A DNA stretch of 64,000 nucleotides from the human T2T-CHM13v2.0 reference genome, Homo sapiens. The notes under the pieces were generated by a model. It saw nothing but the letters and a program-made list of their open reading frames with translations, was not told the DNA's origin and did not search any database. The position numbers were made by a program, and so were the translations under genes. Positions 45,973-59,490 of this stretch are shown in pieces. Where the stretch lies: the NCBI RefSeq assembly GCF_009914755.1, contig NC_060930.1. One strand, written 5' to 3'. The first letter of the stretch is position 1, and every line of letters begins with the position of its first letter.

Positions 45973-46785
45973 AATGCCAGATAGTACTCCAGAAGGCCGA
46001 ATCAGGAGAACTAGGTAGAAGAGATGAGAATGCATGTTTTCATTTAATATAAACTAGTAAAATTTAAGCACTGGAACTCTTTAACAAACTGTTGTTGGAA
46101 GTATTCATGCTAAGTCAAATAGAGCCAGAAAAAAATAAATGATAAATCCTTAAAGTTGGTTTCTAACTGTGATGAACTCTATTTAGTTAAAACTGCAGCT
46201 TTTCAGTTTTTTATTGCTTCATCTGAAAATCTGAAACAGTTATACCTTCCAGTTCTAACATTCTAAAATACCTCCCAATCTCAAATATAGTACAGTTCCA
46301 TGTTAAGAACATAAAAATTTAGACTGAAGAAGTTTTTATATGCCTTGCACAGTAGCCATTATTTTGAGAAAAGGCTGATGGGGGACTTTGGTTCCTTCCT
46401 GGTAGTCTTGTGATATTTCTCTTTAATCTCAACAATGACATGCTGTCATGCGATTTTGACATAGTGCTGTACCATTCCCATATGATACACTAACTGGACT
46501 TAGGAAAAAAATCATATTGATAAATATAAACTATGGTCTGGTTATATTCATAATAAATCATTTGGAGAAGGGTCTGTATTTGGTACACTTTCTAATATTG
46601 CCCCAATTGAATGTTTGTCCATTAATAGCAATCCCTGTTTAAAAGCATTTTGTTTCAGCCTTTTAGTAATATTGGACCATTGTCTTCTAATGTTCATTGT
46701 TGCTAATTTGAAGAATACTGCTGGTTTTTTTCCAGTGTCTCTGGGGTGATTTTTAAAAATATTTTCCTAGAAAATTTTTAGCCTT

Positions 46786-47005
46786 TATCTTAGTTCATTT
46801 TGTGTTACTGTAAGAAAATACCACATACAGGGTAACTTATGAAGAAAAGAAATTTATTTCTCACACAGTTCTGGAGGCTGGGAAGTTCAATATCAAGGGG
46901 CTGGCATCTGGTGAGAGCCTTTTTGTGGCATCATCCCGTGGCAGAAGGCAAAAGGGCAGGTGAGGAAGGAAATGAGAGTTACAGAAAGCTAAACTCACTT
47001 TATTA
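46786..47005 (-). mobile_element. MLT1A/MST-type LTR fragment
   Basis: 'tcttagttcattttgtgttactgtaagaaaataccac...agaaatttatttctcacacagttctggaggctgggaagttcaa'. Confidence 0.8.
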
Positions 47006-48039
47006 TCTCTTTATGCTAACAATGTATGAGATGATATCAGTGTTTTACTGTGGAGTTTCTGATTGCCTTTCTTTTTTCTTGTTAGGTGAATAAAGGCAAG
47101 CCTACTTCCCAATATTCTGAGTGTTTTTTTCAATAACTGGAAACTAATTTGTTGTCTTATTGAACATACAGATTTTCATTTTAATTTGAACAGTTGGCTT
47201 TGTATGTACTATGTTCTCTTCTACAACTTTTTGTTTCTTCTGGAGATGCCTATGTTTTTTCTTTTTTAAAAAATATTTTCCTTCTTTATAAAATGTATAA
47301 GTTTTCTCAGTCTCTCCCTTGTATTTGCCATTCCACAGAAAAGCCTTTATTTCCTAGAAAACTTTTCTTTTGGATTTTTCTTACTTTCTTTTCCAAAGTA
47401 AAATAAGTGTAATTTTTTGTTCCTTTTACATGGCTACTGTCCTGGGACTTTCCTTTGACATTCACCTAGGTTGAATCCATTAATTATCTGATTACAAATC
47501 TAAATCAGGGGTTTCCCCATATAAATTATTAATAAAGGTTAAATAGGAAGTACACTTTCAAGTACTTGTGTGCCTGAAAATTATCTTTATCTTAATGCTT
47601 GATGGAAAGTTTGCCTGAATATGAAATTTTAGGTTTAAATTATGCTCCTTATAAATTTCAAAGTAATAAAGGAACAGAGAAATAAAATTATGCAGCTACT
47701 TTTTTGTGGGGAATTTGGCAGTTATGATAGTGGTGCAAGACACAGATCAATCAGTTAATGACCATGTAGAGGGCAAGTACAAAGATTCAGAGAAAGAAGC
47801 AGACATTTGACAGCCCCATAGAGCTCAAGAGACCAAAATGATAAACTTCAGGGATTAGGATTCTGATGAGAAGACTGTAACAGAGAAATGAGTACATCAA
47901 TCTGTTAATTTTATTCCCAAAACATTGGCTAAATTCTTAAGGATTATGAATCCTTATTATTGATTTTCTCAGCAGCTCCATAATGCCTTCAAACAAATGC
48001 ATTTTTATCTGGATTGTCTACTTCTATTTTGATCTGGAT

Positions 48040-48590
48040 TTTTTTAAAAACTTGTTTTGGCAGCAGCATTGATTTTTTGCAAACTACTCTGTCATACTTG
48101 AAAGTGGTACCATTGAGATCATAGACTTTTTTATATTGGTTACAGATCTACTAGATTCTCATGTTGTTTACAGAGATTTTTTTACATTGATTCTTGGTAG
48201 TTATCCAAACATATAATAATAACTCATAATCATGCCTCTCTCTTAACAACTGTAATGCATCTAATCCTTTCTGTTGTCCAATTTCATTGGCTAAGCCTTT
48301 TAGCCTTATATAAAATAGCAATAGTGATGATAATCATTCTTGTTTTTTTTTTTCTGACAATAGCAGGAAAGCCTCTAGTGTATCCCTATTAAGTAAGGTG
48401 CAAATTTATAGGGGATGAGGAATACATACATACACATATGTGTACATGATGATATCATGCTTAGGAAACACTTATCAAATTCTAATTTATTGACTACTTA
48501 CAACATGAATATGTTTTGAGTCCTATAACATAATCCTTTTGCATCAATGAAGTTAATGACATGACTTCTCTACATAGATTAATTAAGATG
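48040..48590 (-). mobile_element. Decayed L1ME ORF2 fragment
   Basis: 'gcaggaaagcctctagtgtatccctattaagtaagg', 'aacatgaatatgttttgag...ttttgcatcaatgaagttaatgacatg'. Confidence 0.6.
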
Positions 48591-48591
48591 G

Positions 48592-48985
48592 TGCTATAGA
48601 TTGAATTGTGTTCCCCTTGAATTTATATATTGAAGTTCTAACCCCTAATATCTCAAAATATGACATTATTTGGAGATAGGGCTTTTACAGAGGTAATCAT
48701 TAGAGTGGGCCCTAAACCAATATGACTGGTGTCATTATAAAATGGGGATGTTTGGTAACAGGCACGCATGCAGGAAAAGTGCCACAAAAATATGAAGATA
48801 TCCATCTATAAGCCGAGGAGAAAGATCTGAAACAGATTCTGTCCTCACAGCCCTCAGAAGGAACCAATCCTACTGACATTTTGATTTTAAACTCATAGAC
48901 TTCAGACCTGCGAGACAGTAGATTTCCATTGTTTAAGCCACTCAATTAGTAGTACTTTGTCATGGCAGTTTACCAAACCAATACA
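48592..48985 (+). mobile_element. MLT1B-like solo LTR
   Basis: 'tgctatagattgaattgtgttcccc' ... 'aaaccaataca'. Perfect TSD GATGG. Confidence 0.9.
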
Positions 48986-48994
48986 GATGGTAAG

Positions 48995-51760
48995 GACATT
49001 GGCAAAAATGGAGGAGTAAAGACTTCTAACAATTCTCTTCACCATAGAAGCAATGAGAAAACTAACAAAAATTTTCAAAATTAACTTTTCTAAAAAACTT
49101 TAGATATTAATAGAGGATTATAGCACTCTATTCAAGAATATTGGCTGAATCTCAGTAACAACAGTGAAATTTGTGGCTTTTAACCTGGACTATTCCTATC
49201 CCTCTGTTAGCTCTTAAGTAGCCTTGAAAATAAACATCTTGCAATCACAGAGAAAACTAGAAGCCTGGTATCCAATGGAGACAGCAGAAAGGGATTGGAG
49301 TGCCTTCGAGATCTCATTCCCCCAAAATATAATTATTTGACCTATCAGGTAGTTCCCTGAAAGACTCCATTTGCAGAGCTGTCTTAAGCCCCTTTTGCCC
49401 TTGGGGATCTTGTCAAAAACAACTGGAGCCAATTTTTTCACTCTGTGACTGCCTGAAGTGGCAGATAAGAGTTGGGGCAAACAAAAAGCAACACAAAGAG
49501 CTTAAAATGAAAACTGAGGAATGAGATTTTTATGGAGGCTTTGAAAATGTTGACATACTCCTGGGAATCTAGACAGACACAGAAAAATGTGAGAAAACCC
49601 TAAGTCTGTATCTCTGGCTGAACTTGAGGCTTTCTTCATGCAGAAAGTGAAACCTAAAAAAGTTTTCAACCGTGTAACTTAACACAGTGTTAAAGATGTA
49701 CTCCAGAATGCACTCAGTGCTCTGCAACAAAGACTAGGAGATCTATTTTTGTACATAGGCTTTTAAATAAATCTCTGTATAAGGAGTAGATTATTAATAA
49801 GCTAACCAAGAAGAGATTTCAGTGGCCACATAATTAAAGAACACTGACTTCACAGATTTAGGTTAGAAAAGTCATAAAGTAAACAGTAACAATAACAAAG
49901 AAAACATAAACCAAAAACCCTGAGGGTTGTAGGGAATCCGATATTCAATAATTACCAAAATATACTATTTTAAATATCTGGTTTTCAACAAAAACTATAA
50001 AACATGTAAAAAAAAAAAACTATAAGTGTGTTTCCTACATGGGGAAAAACTGAAAAACTGCTCCTAAAGAGTCTCAGCCATTAGAACTACTAGGCAAAGA
50101 TTTTCAATCTGCGACTTTAAATATATCCATATAATGAAAGCAATTCATATATAAAGAACGAAAGGAAAGTATAAGAATAATATCTCACCAAATAGAGAAT
50201 GTCAATAAAAACACAGAACTTTTTAAAAGAAGCAAACAGAAATTTGGACATTGAAAATTACAATAATGAAATGGAAAAATTCATTAGAGGGTTTCAATGG
50301 CAAATTTTAGAAAGCTGGAGAACTTAACAATATGTCAGTTGAGATTATCCAGCCTAAGAAACAGAAAGAAGAAAATCAAGAAATCAAGAAAAAAATCAGG
50401 AAAGAATGAAGAAAATCAAGAAGTCTCTGAAACCTGTGGGATATTATCAAGCATACCAATATATGGATATTGGTAGTTCAGAAGGACAGAAGATAAAGAA
50501 GCAGAAAGAATATGCAAAGAAATAATGGCTGAAAACTTCACAATTTTGATAAAACAAAACAAAAACCACTAGTCTACACATCCCAGAGGCTCAATAAACC
50601 CAAGTACTATAATTTGTAGATATCTATGCCAAGGTACATTATAATAAAACTCTCTAAAGCCAAAGACACAGATAGTCTTGAAAGCAGCAAGATAGAAGTG
50701 GCTTATCACAAACAAGGGATTCTGAATAATATTATCAGCTGATTTCTCATCAGAAAGCATAGAAGACAGAGGAAATTTTTAAAAAGACTTTTAATTAAAA
50801 AATTTAAATCCAGCAAAACTATCCTTTAAAAATGAAGGAGGAAACAAAGAATTCATTACTACCGAACTTGTCATACAAGAAACACTAAAGAAAGCTCTTC
50901 AGACTGAAATGAAAGGATGCTGGCAAGTAACTAGAATTTAAATGCAGAAATAAAGGGCACTGAGGAAGGTAACTAAATAAATATAAAAATAAATATATAT
51001 TTTTGTTTTTAATTAGTTTGAAATAAAAAATATATTTTGTGTAATACTATGCAGGCATAAAAAAGAATGAGATCACGTCTTTTACAACGACATGGGGGAT
51101 TAGGAATAATGGAGGCCATTATCCTCAGCAAGCTAATGCAAGAACAGAAAAACAAATACTGCGTGTTCTCACCTATAAGTGAGAGTTATATGATGAGAAC
51201 ACATGGACACATAGAGGGGAACAACACACACTGGGGCCTGTCAGAGAATGGGAGGAGGGAGAGGGTCAGGAAAAAAAAAACTAATGGATACTAGACTTAA
51301 TGCTTAGGTGATCAAATAATCTGTACAACAAACCCTCAAGATACACATTTACCTATATAACATGACTGTACATTTTGTACATGTATCCTTGAACTTAAAA
51401 TGTTAAATATATACATGTATATGTATATATATAGGTTGTAATATAAAAAGTTTTCAATTATTTTTATCCTATTCGAATTAAAAGACAGTTGCATAAAGCA
51501 ATAGTTATAAATCTGTGTGAATAGGTACACAATGCATTAGAATGCAAATTGTATAATAGCACCAAGGGTGGGGGATGGAAAGAATTTATACAGAAATAAT
51601 TCTGTATAAAATTTAATTTGGTATTAATCTGAACTAGATTATGTTAAATTAAGATATTAATTGCAATCCGCAAGGAAACCACTAATTTTTTTACTCTCCA
51701 CCTATAGTAAAAGAAGCAACAAGGGAATTACAACAGTATTTTAGAAAATATCTAACCATG
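48995..51760 (+). mobile_element. Ancient L1 (L1MC/L1MD-type) 5' end and ORF1 remnant
   Basis: ORF1-like 'gaaacctgtgggatattatcaagcataccaatatatgg', 'gaaataatggctgaaaacttcacaattttgat', 'cagctgatttctcatcagaaagcatagaagacagagg'. Confidence 0.75.
51043..51410 (+). mobile_element. L1PA15/16-like 3' end nested in the older L1
   Basis: 'gatgagaacacatggacacatagaggggaacaacacacactggggcc', 'aaataatctgtacaacaaaccctcaagatacacatttacctatataac'. Confidence 0.85.
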
Positions 51761-52125
51761 ATAATAAATTTTATTAATCAATTTTTTAACATTGATGCAT
51801 TTCTGGAGTAAATTCCACATGTTCATGCTACTGGATCCTTCTTACCACAATTTTACCTGAGATTTTTACATCAACATTCATAAGTGACACTGACGCGAGT
51901 GTGTTTTTATGATTGTGAAATAATATCACAAAATAACTTGAAAGCTTTTTTTTCAATTATCTGCAATATCTTGGCTGGCACTGACATTTTCTGATCTTTG
52001 ACAGGTTTTTAGAAATCCCCTCTGCAACCATATTGTTTTCATGTTTTTCCTTTTCTAAACTCAATTTTTAAAAAATTTCTATTTATAATTTAGTGTATTT
52101 AAACTTTCTGTCTCTATTGAGATCA

Positions 52126-52804
52126 TGTATTAGTCTGTACTCACGCTGCTAATAAAGACAAACTTGAGACTGGATTATTTATAAAGGAAAGATGTTTAAT
52201 TGACTCAAGTTCAACATGGCTGGGGAGGCCTCAGGAAACTTACAATCATGGCAAAAGAAGAAACAAACACGTCCTTCTGCACATGAGGACAGCAAGGAGA
52301 AGTGCCAAGTGACAGGGGGAAAAACCCCTTATAAAGCTATCAGATCTCGTAAGAACTCACTATCAGGAGAACAGCAGTATGGCGGATAACCACTCCCATG
52401 ATTCAATTATCTCCCACCAGATCCCTCCCAGGACGGGTGGAGATTATGGGAACTACAATTCAAGAAAAGATTTGGCTGGGCACAGTGGCTCACGCCTGTA
52501 ATCCCAGTACTTTGGGAGGTTGAGGCGGTGGATCACCTGAGGTCAGGAGTTCAAGACTAGCCTGGCCAAGATGGTGAAACCCCGTCTCTACTAAAAATAC
52601 AAAAATTAGCTGGGCATAGTGGCGGGCACCTGTAATCCTACTCAGGAGGCTGAGGCAGAGAATCGCTTGAACCCGGGAGTCGGAAGGTTGCAGTGAACCG
52701 AGATCATGCCACTGCACTCCAGCCTGGATGACAGTGAGACTCTGTCTCAAAAAAAAAAAAAAAAAAAAAAAAGATTTGGGTGGGGACACAGCCAATCCAT
52801 ATCA
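52126..52804 (-). mobile_element. THE1C/D solo LTR containing an Alu
   Basis: 'tgtattagtctgtactcacgctgctaataaagac' ... 'gggacacagccaatccatatca'. Perfect TSD GATCA. Confidence 0.92.
52474..52772 (+). mobile_element. AluSx-like inserted in the THE1 LTR
   Basis: Full dimer; TSD AAAAGATTT. Confidence 0.95.
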
Positions 52805-53501
52805 GATCATTTCTGATAAACTATAATTTTTCTAGAAAAACATGTATTCTAAATATGGTTCAAATATATTTGCATAACCTTCAATGACTACTGCTGGGAA
52901 TACCTTTTGCAACATAGCACCACTGCTTTGGAATGCAATTTGACATTATTTTCTAAAGCTTAACATGCATGTGTACTGTGAACCAGCACTTCCACTCCTA
53001 GATATATATCCAACAGAACTGCATATATTACATATATGCACTAAAATATGTTGATTACTTGTCTTATGGTCCATAGAAATATGAAACAATGATGAAAGTG
53101 TGTTACTTTGAGAGATGCAGATGCCAAAATGCAAGGGTGAAGAAAAAGAAAAATAAAGCAAGGATAATGTAAAACATTGTAAGATGATGATTTACCTTGT
53201 AAGTTACCTTCTCATGCTGGTTAGTGAAGAATTTTATGGTTAACTGCTTCCAGTTGCCAGATAGGAATATTGAAGTGGAAATGCAAAAAGAAAATTTGTC
53301 TCAGGGTAGTCCAGGATGTGGAGGAAGGAAGATGAATTCTCCAACCTCTTGTTTTTCCATTGGTCAATTCCTGGCCTGTGGCCAGAGGTAACTCATTCTT
53401 GGCTCTCCTGTTTTGTCTTCTGATTTTATCTGGTGCCTATTCAGGATGCCAGATCCCAAACTCTGTGATTTGGTGTTTCATTTAAGAGTAGAGTAGTTAG
53501 A

Positions 53502-53805
<304 letters not shown>

Positions 53806-53934
53806 GTAGTTAGAGAAGCCAAAAACCCCAGGCCCAATAACCATTTGGTCCAGAATGATAATACATTTCAAAAGGAATCCACATAGCTGAGGAAATCTGA
53901 GTAAGCACCTAGGTTGTTTTGTGAGTCCAGTGTC

Positions 53935-54370
53935 AAGTACAAGAATGTTTATTGCTGTATTATATACAATAGCCTTAAATTGTAAATAATCCATATTACC
54001 ACCAGTAGCATTATGAATAAATGGTGGTATTAAATGTAAAATGAGTTAAATTACTGCTACATGTAATGGAGTGAATCATTTCATTTTAAAATTTTGAGTA
54101 AAAGAAAGCACATGTGCAAATGTATAAATAATGTTATTTACATAAACATTTTAAAATTAGGCAAATTGATCTATAGTGTTAGAATGGTGCTTACCTTTAG
54201 AAAGTTGTGGTAGGGGAGGGGTGTTGAAAATGGGACATAAAAAGGACTATTGAACGAGTGCCAGTACTGTTTCTTGACCTAGGTGATGGTCAAATATGTT
54301 CATGTCATCAAGTTGTACACATAGAACTTTTGCACTTCTGAATATATATCAATAGAAAGTAGTTTAAAAA
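53935..54370 (+). mobile_element. L1ME 3' end (continuing the fragment at ~52885-53060)
   Basis: 'gtacaagaatgtttattgctg', 'ggcaaattgatctatagtgttagaatggtgcttacc', 'tgtttcttgacctaggtgatggt'. Confidence 0.7.
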
Positions 54371-54371
54371 T

Positions 54372-54487
54372 ACAGATCCTTCTTAACTTACTCTGGGGTT
54401 ACATTCCAATAAATCCATCGTAAGTTGAAAATAGTTGAAAAATAGTTGAAAACCTCTTGTTGAAAATAGTTGAAAATAGTTGAAAAT
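54372..54487. mobile_element. Tigger4a/MER46-like terminal fragment ending in a 10-bp tandem array
   Basis: 'ta|cagatccttcttaacttactctggggttacattccaataaatccatcgtaagttgaaaat'. Confidence 0.75.
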
Positions 54488-55292
54488 CCAAAACTGGATT
54501 CCTTATAACAAGGACTCTCACTATGTGGCTGGCCAAAGGCAGAAGTTTGCTGCTTTGTCTCATGATATATGTGTCTGTGTGTGTATGTGTGCATATTACA
54601 TGGTAGTTTATTTTGTTTAGTTGTTCAAACATCATGCTTTAGAGTCTTTTTTTATTTTTTAATCTTGAATAATTCCTATTCCTGGTTCCTTTCTTTTCTA
54701 TATCTTTTCTGTTTTATAACTCATGTTTTAAAATAAAATTTTGTTTGTTATTCATTCTTTCATTTTTGCTTGTACTATTCTCTAGGTTTATGTGTTCTTT
54801 CAATTTTATAAAATTAAATGATATAAACATGTAATGCTATAGGCTTTTCTTTCCATAGACTTATAGATTCTGATGTCATGTTTTCAGCATCAATCTGTTT
54901 CAAAAATTCTTCAGCTTACATATGTTTCCCCTTTGACCCAAGTAATATTGAATAGTATTTTCCTAATTTCTCATCAGAGAATCTTTTTAAACAAGATATT
55001 AATTTCTAATGGTACGGCACTGTGGTCAGCAATGCTGCCAGATTAACTATGTTATTTTAATTTATTGAGCTTTATCTTGTGTCCTCAGATTTGATGAGTT
55101 TCCATGAATGCTATATATGCATTGTTTTATTATACATGCTCTATTTTCAGAAATCAAAGTTTAAAGGGTAACTATCATATGTACTTCATATATTTTATTA
55201 CTTAGTTAGCTATGTTATGAGGTAAGTTGGGACCATTAATCTTCCTTTAAATGAGTGGCATTTGGGGTGCCACATTTAAAACTTATATATAT

Positions 55293-55593
<301 letters not shown>

Positions 55594-55649
55594 CTTATAT
55601 ATATGCATATACATACACACATTTGGGTACTTAAGTATATTTTAACTAC

Positions 55650-57285
55650 TGAGTATCATTTCATTATATCAGTGTAATAAATGCACCACAGGGTTTTTCA
55701 AAATTCATGTTCTGTTGATAGATATTTAGGTTACTTCAAGTGTTTTGGCTATTATAAGCAAAATTGTTATAAATATTATTGTACAAGTTATTTTTTAATA
55801 GTTTACATTTCTTTTGGACAAATATCTAGGAATTCAAATGTTTAGTACTATGGTAATTTTATGCTTTTTCTTCCTAAAATATTGCCAAAGTGTTTTCCGA
55901 AGTTGCCGTACCATTTTACCATTGACCAGCAATGTATGTTAGTTTCTCTATATCCTTGTCAACACTTGGTATTGTTGATCATTTCGATTTAAGTCATCCT
56001 AACTGCATTGAATTTTTAATTTCCACTCTCCCCATTATAAATGAATATATTTTCATATGTTTGTAATTATTATAAATGAAGTGTTGGTTCCAGTACTTTA
56101 CCCATTCTTCCTGGCTTATTTGTGTTTTTATTATTGATTTGTAGGAGCTTTTAATAAATCTATATACAATCTTTTGCAAGTTATATGTACTACAAAGCTG
56201 TTCGCTCTCTGTTTTCCTTGCTATTGCATTTTGTTGTGTCTTTTGTTGAAAAGCAGCTTTTTTATTTTAATAAAGTCATTATAAATTTTTCTTTTATAAT
56301 TTATAATCTTTTCATCTACTAAAAAATTTGCCTATTCCCAAAACAGGAAGATCTTTTCCCATGTCCTCTAGATGTTCTTTTTTTAATTTTTACTTTTTAC
56401 GTGTAGGTCTATAATTCATCTTTATTAACTGATGTGTATGTCTAGAGTTAGAAATTGAGTTTATTTATTGTTTCTAGTATTAACACAGTTGCTAGCATCA
56501 TTTGCTGAAAGTACTTTCTTTTCCCCGTTGAATTGCCTTGGAAGCATCATCAAAAATCAGTATACTTTCTATATTTCCTACTTTCTTCCACTAGTTGATT
56601 TTTCTATTCTTTCAGAAATATCGCATCCTCTTGAGTAAGATGGTCTTATCATAAGCTTTAAGATCAGTAGTGTTAATTCTCCAACTTTATTCTTATATTT
56701 TAAAATTTTTGTCTTCAAATTTCCATAAAATGTTAAGCATTGACTGTCAAATTTTATACAAAAAGTCAATCCTTAAATGTGATATATATTAATTAAGTCT
56801 TTATTTCTCTCAGCAAGATTTTTATTTTTCATTATAGTGGTCTAATACCTCTTTTGTCAAATTTGTGCTTAAGTATTTTATTTTTTGATGTTACTCCAAA
56901 TGGTATTTTCAAATCAACTTTATTAAGCCATAATTTACATATAGCAAAATCCATACATTTTAAGTTTATAGTTCAATTCATTTAGAAAAATATTCATATC
57001 CATATAACCATGCTGCAGTTAAGATATAAAACTTTTCACTTTGTTTTTTCAAAATCTCTTTAATTCTTTTTAAAGTCAATCCCCATACCTTCCTCCCCAG
57101 GCACACTTGAATCTTATTTCTATCATTAGTTTTATCTGATGTAGAACTTCACATATGGAATCATATAGTACTCATTCCTCTGTTTATACCTATTATGTTT
57201 ATCATGTGCTTTTGAAAAAAATAATCATCCATGGTTTGATGTATCAGTATTTCATTAAAAAATAGTATTTCATTTTTGTTGCCTG
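55650..57285 (-). mobile_element. Old L1 (L1MD/L1ME) fragments
   Basis: 'tattgccaaagtgttttccgaagttgccgtaccattttaccattgaccagcaatgtatg', 'catttgctgaaagtactttcttttccccgttgaattgccttgg'. A separate 3' end lies near 56910-57285. Confidence 0.75.
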
Positions 57286-58039
57286 GACCATGACATTAAA
57301 GATTCCTTTCTGTATTTACTCTGCCCACTATACCTGAGTTATGTTTCTTATACCCAGGTTTCTTCTCTGCTTACCTTCACACCAGCTAAATGTAGCAAAG
57401 AGGCATCACCTCCAGCCATGTTATATAATCTGCTGAGCTGTGGTTTTTTATTTATGGCTTTTTTACTGGCACTATTTTTCAACAGAGATAGCAGATTTCA
57501 CTTGTTTATCTGCAAAATAAAAATGAATTTAAGCACAGTTTCTTCTATCCAGAATCCCCCTTATCTAGTACCCACCTTAATCCCTCTGAATTAGGCTTAT
57601 TTGCTGCGTCTTGACTCACTTCTACACATTTCTCTCAAAACTGCATGTATTTATGAAGTTTTGATCTGGACTTTAGTATTTTTATTAATGTGGCCAATTT
57701 TGCACCATAGTGTGAATAACCTTCTTTACATTTCTGTGATCATGAATACATCTTTATCTTCTGTCCTGTGTTATAAGATTTTCTACATATTTGTATTTTT
57801 TTATACAACTTAAATTGTGGTTTTGCATGGGTCAAGTGAGATTACCCTGAGAACATTTTTGCTACATTTTTGAGGTTCATGATTATACTCTCACCCACAC
57901 ACAGTATGCACACACATACACATACATTTATTTAAATCCAGTGTACATATTATTTTCAAAATATGTATTCCTTGAATGACTGTACCTTAACTGAAAACAA
58001 TAATCTGAAAATTTTCAAGCTATGCATTGAAAGAGGGAA

Positions 58040-58300
58040 TACTTCAGTAGGCATATATTAGAAAGGCATAACAGTCCTTGATCTCAAGGAGTCTGTACTC
58101 TAGTAGGAGAGACATATGTATGAACAAGTGGCCACAATATAATGCATTGAGTTTTATGACTAATGCATGTCCAAGAGGATATGGAAGCACATGAAGGAGG
58201 AATCCTTGATAAACTGGTGTGAGATTTAAAGGCAGGTCAGGCAAGATTCTCTTGAAGAAGTGATAACCAAATTCTCCAGACTAAAAGGAAAATACAAAAC
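58040..58300. mobile_element. L2 fragment
   Basis: 'aacagtccttgatctcaaggagtctgtactctagtaggagagaca', 'ggtcaggcaagattctcttgaagaagtga'. Confidence 0.65.
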
Positions 58301-59125
58301 TATTAGTTACTGTTAGCGCTCTTTGAAAAGATGTGAAATAAAGAGTGAGAGAGACTGGTTGATTGAGGGGAATATCACATTTAATTATTCACATAAAGGT
58401 AAAATATAGTTGATATAGGAATGCTATGTAAAGTAGCATCCAGAACTTATAGAATTTAAATTTGACTCATGGGAAAACGCTTTCTGAAATTTGAGCTGCA
58501 TAAACAGTCAAGCAAACAACATTATATAAATATGTATAAATGAGGAGTGTTGCTAACAATGTGTTTGTTCACCTTACATTCTAATGTCACACTACTAGTA
58601 CTTCATAACAAATCAATGCTAACAGTTAATTGCGTACTTTCCAATGTGTTTTGCATCCAGCTATAATAATAATAACTTAAGTTTTTTAGTCATATTGAAA
58701 ATGAAACAGGATGAATAGCCTCAATGTGCTGTTTTTAAAGGGGATATTAGTTTTAAAAATGAGAATAGGTCTCATAATATGTTAGCTTCCTGTAGTGATA
58801 TGTTGCTATCCGCCTATTTTCTGGAGCTGTATTTTCAGAAAATAGTAGTACACACATAGAATTACTGTTGGGAACTGATAATAACTGAGTTTTCTTGCTT
58901 AAATCCACTAGTCTGTAGAACTTTCCAGAAAAAAAAAAAAGTTACTCAAGAGTCTTGTTTGGAGATGATTTTTACTGTTTATTTAGAAGAACAGAAATGT
59001 ATGAAATTAAATACATGGTTATCCATTAATTTAGTCTTTCTTTCAAGTGAAGCGTGGAATCAAACATAAAATAAAAGAGAAATATCCAGAGATAAGTCAA
59101 GGATGATGTCAAAGAAAGGTTTCCC

Positions 59126-59490
59126 TGCTACAGACTGAATGACTGAGTTCCCCCCAAATTTATATGTTAAAGCATAATCCCAATATGATGATAGTAAGAG
59201 GTAGGGCCTTTGAAAGGTGATTAGATCATGAGGGTGGAGACCTTGTGATAGGGCTTAGTGCCCTTATAAAAGAGACCTCAAAGGATGTCCTTAGCCCTTT
59301 CATCATGTGAAATGACAGCAAGAAGATAGATGTTTATGTACCAGGAAATGGGCTCTCACAAGATACCATATCTGCTGGCACCTGATTTTAGACTTCTCAA
59401 CTTCCAGAACTGTGAGAAGTAAATTTCTGTTGTTTATAAGCCACCGAGTCTATGATATTTTTGTTATAGGAGCTCAAATGGACTAAGATG
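59126..59490 (+). mobile_element. MLT1A0-like solo LTR
   Basis: 'tgctacagactgaatg...cccccaaatttatatgttaaagcataatccc' ... 'aaatttctgttgtttataagccacc...ggactaaga'. Confidence 0.88.

Noticed and set aside
54421-54487. Short repeat array superficially like a CRISPR repeat
   Set aside because: Primate DNA, 10-bp units, no unique spacers and no cas genes.
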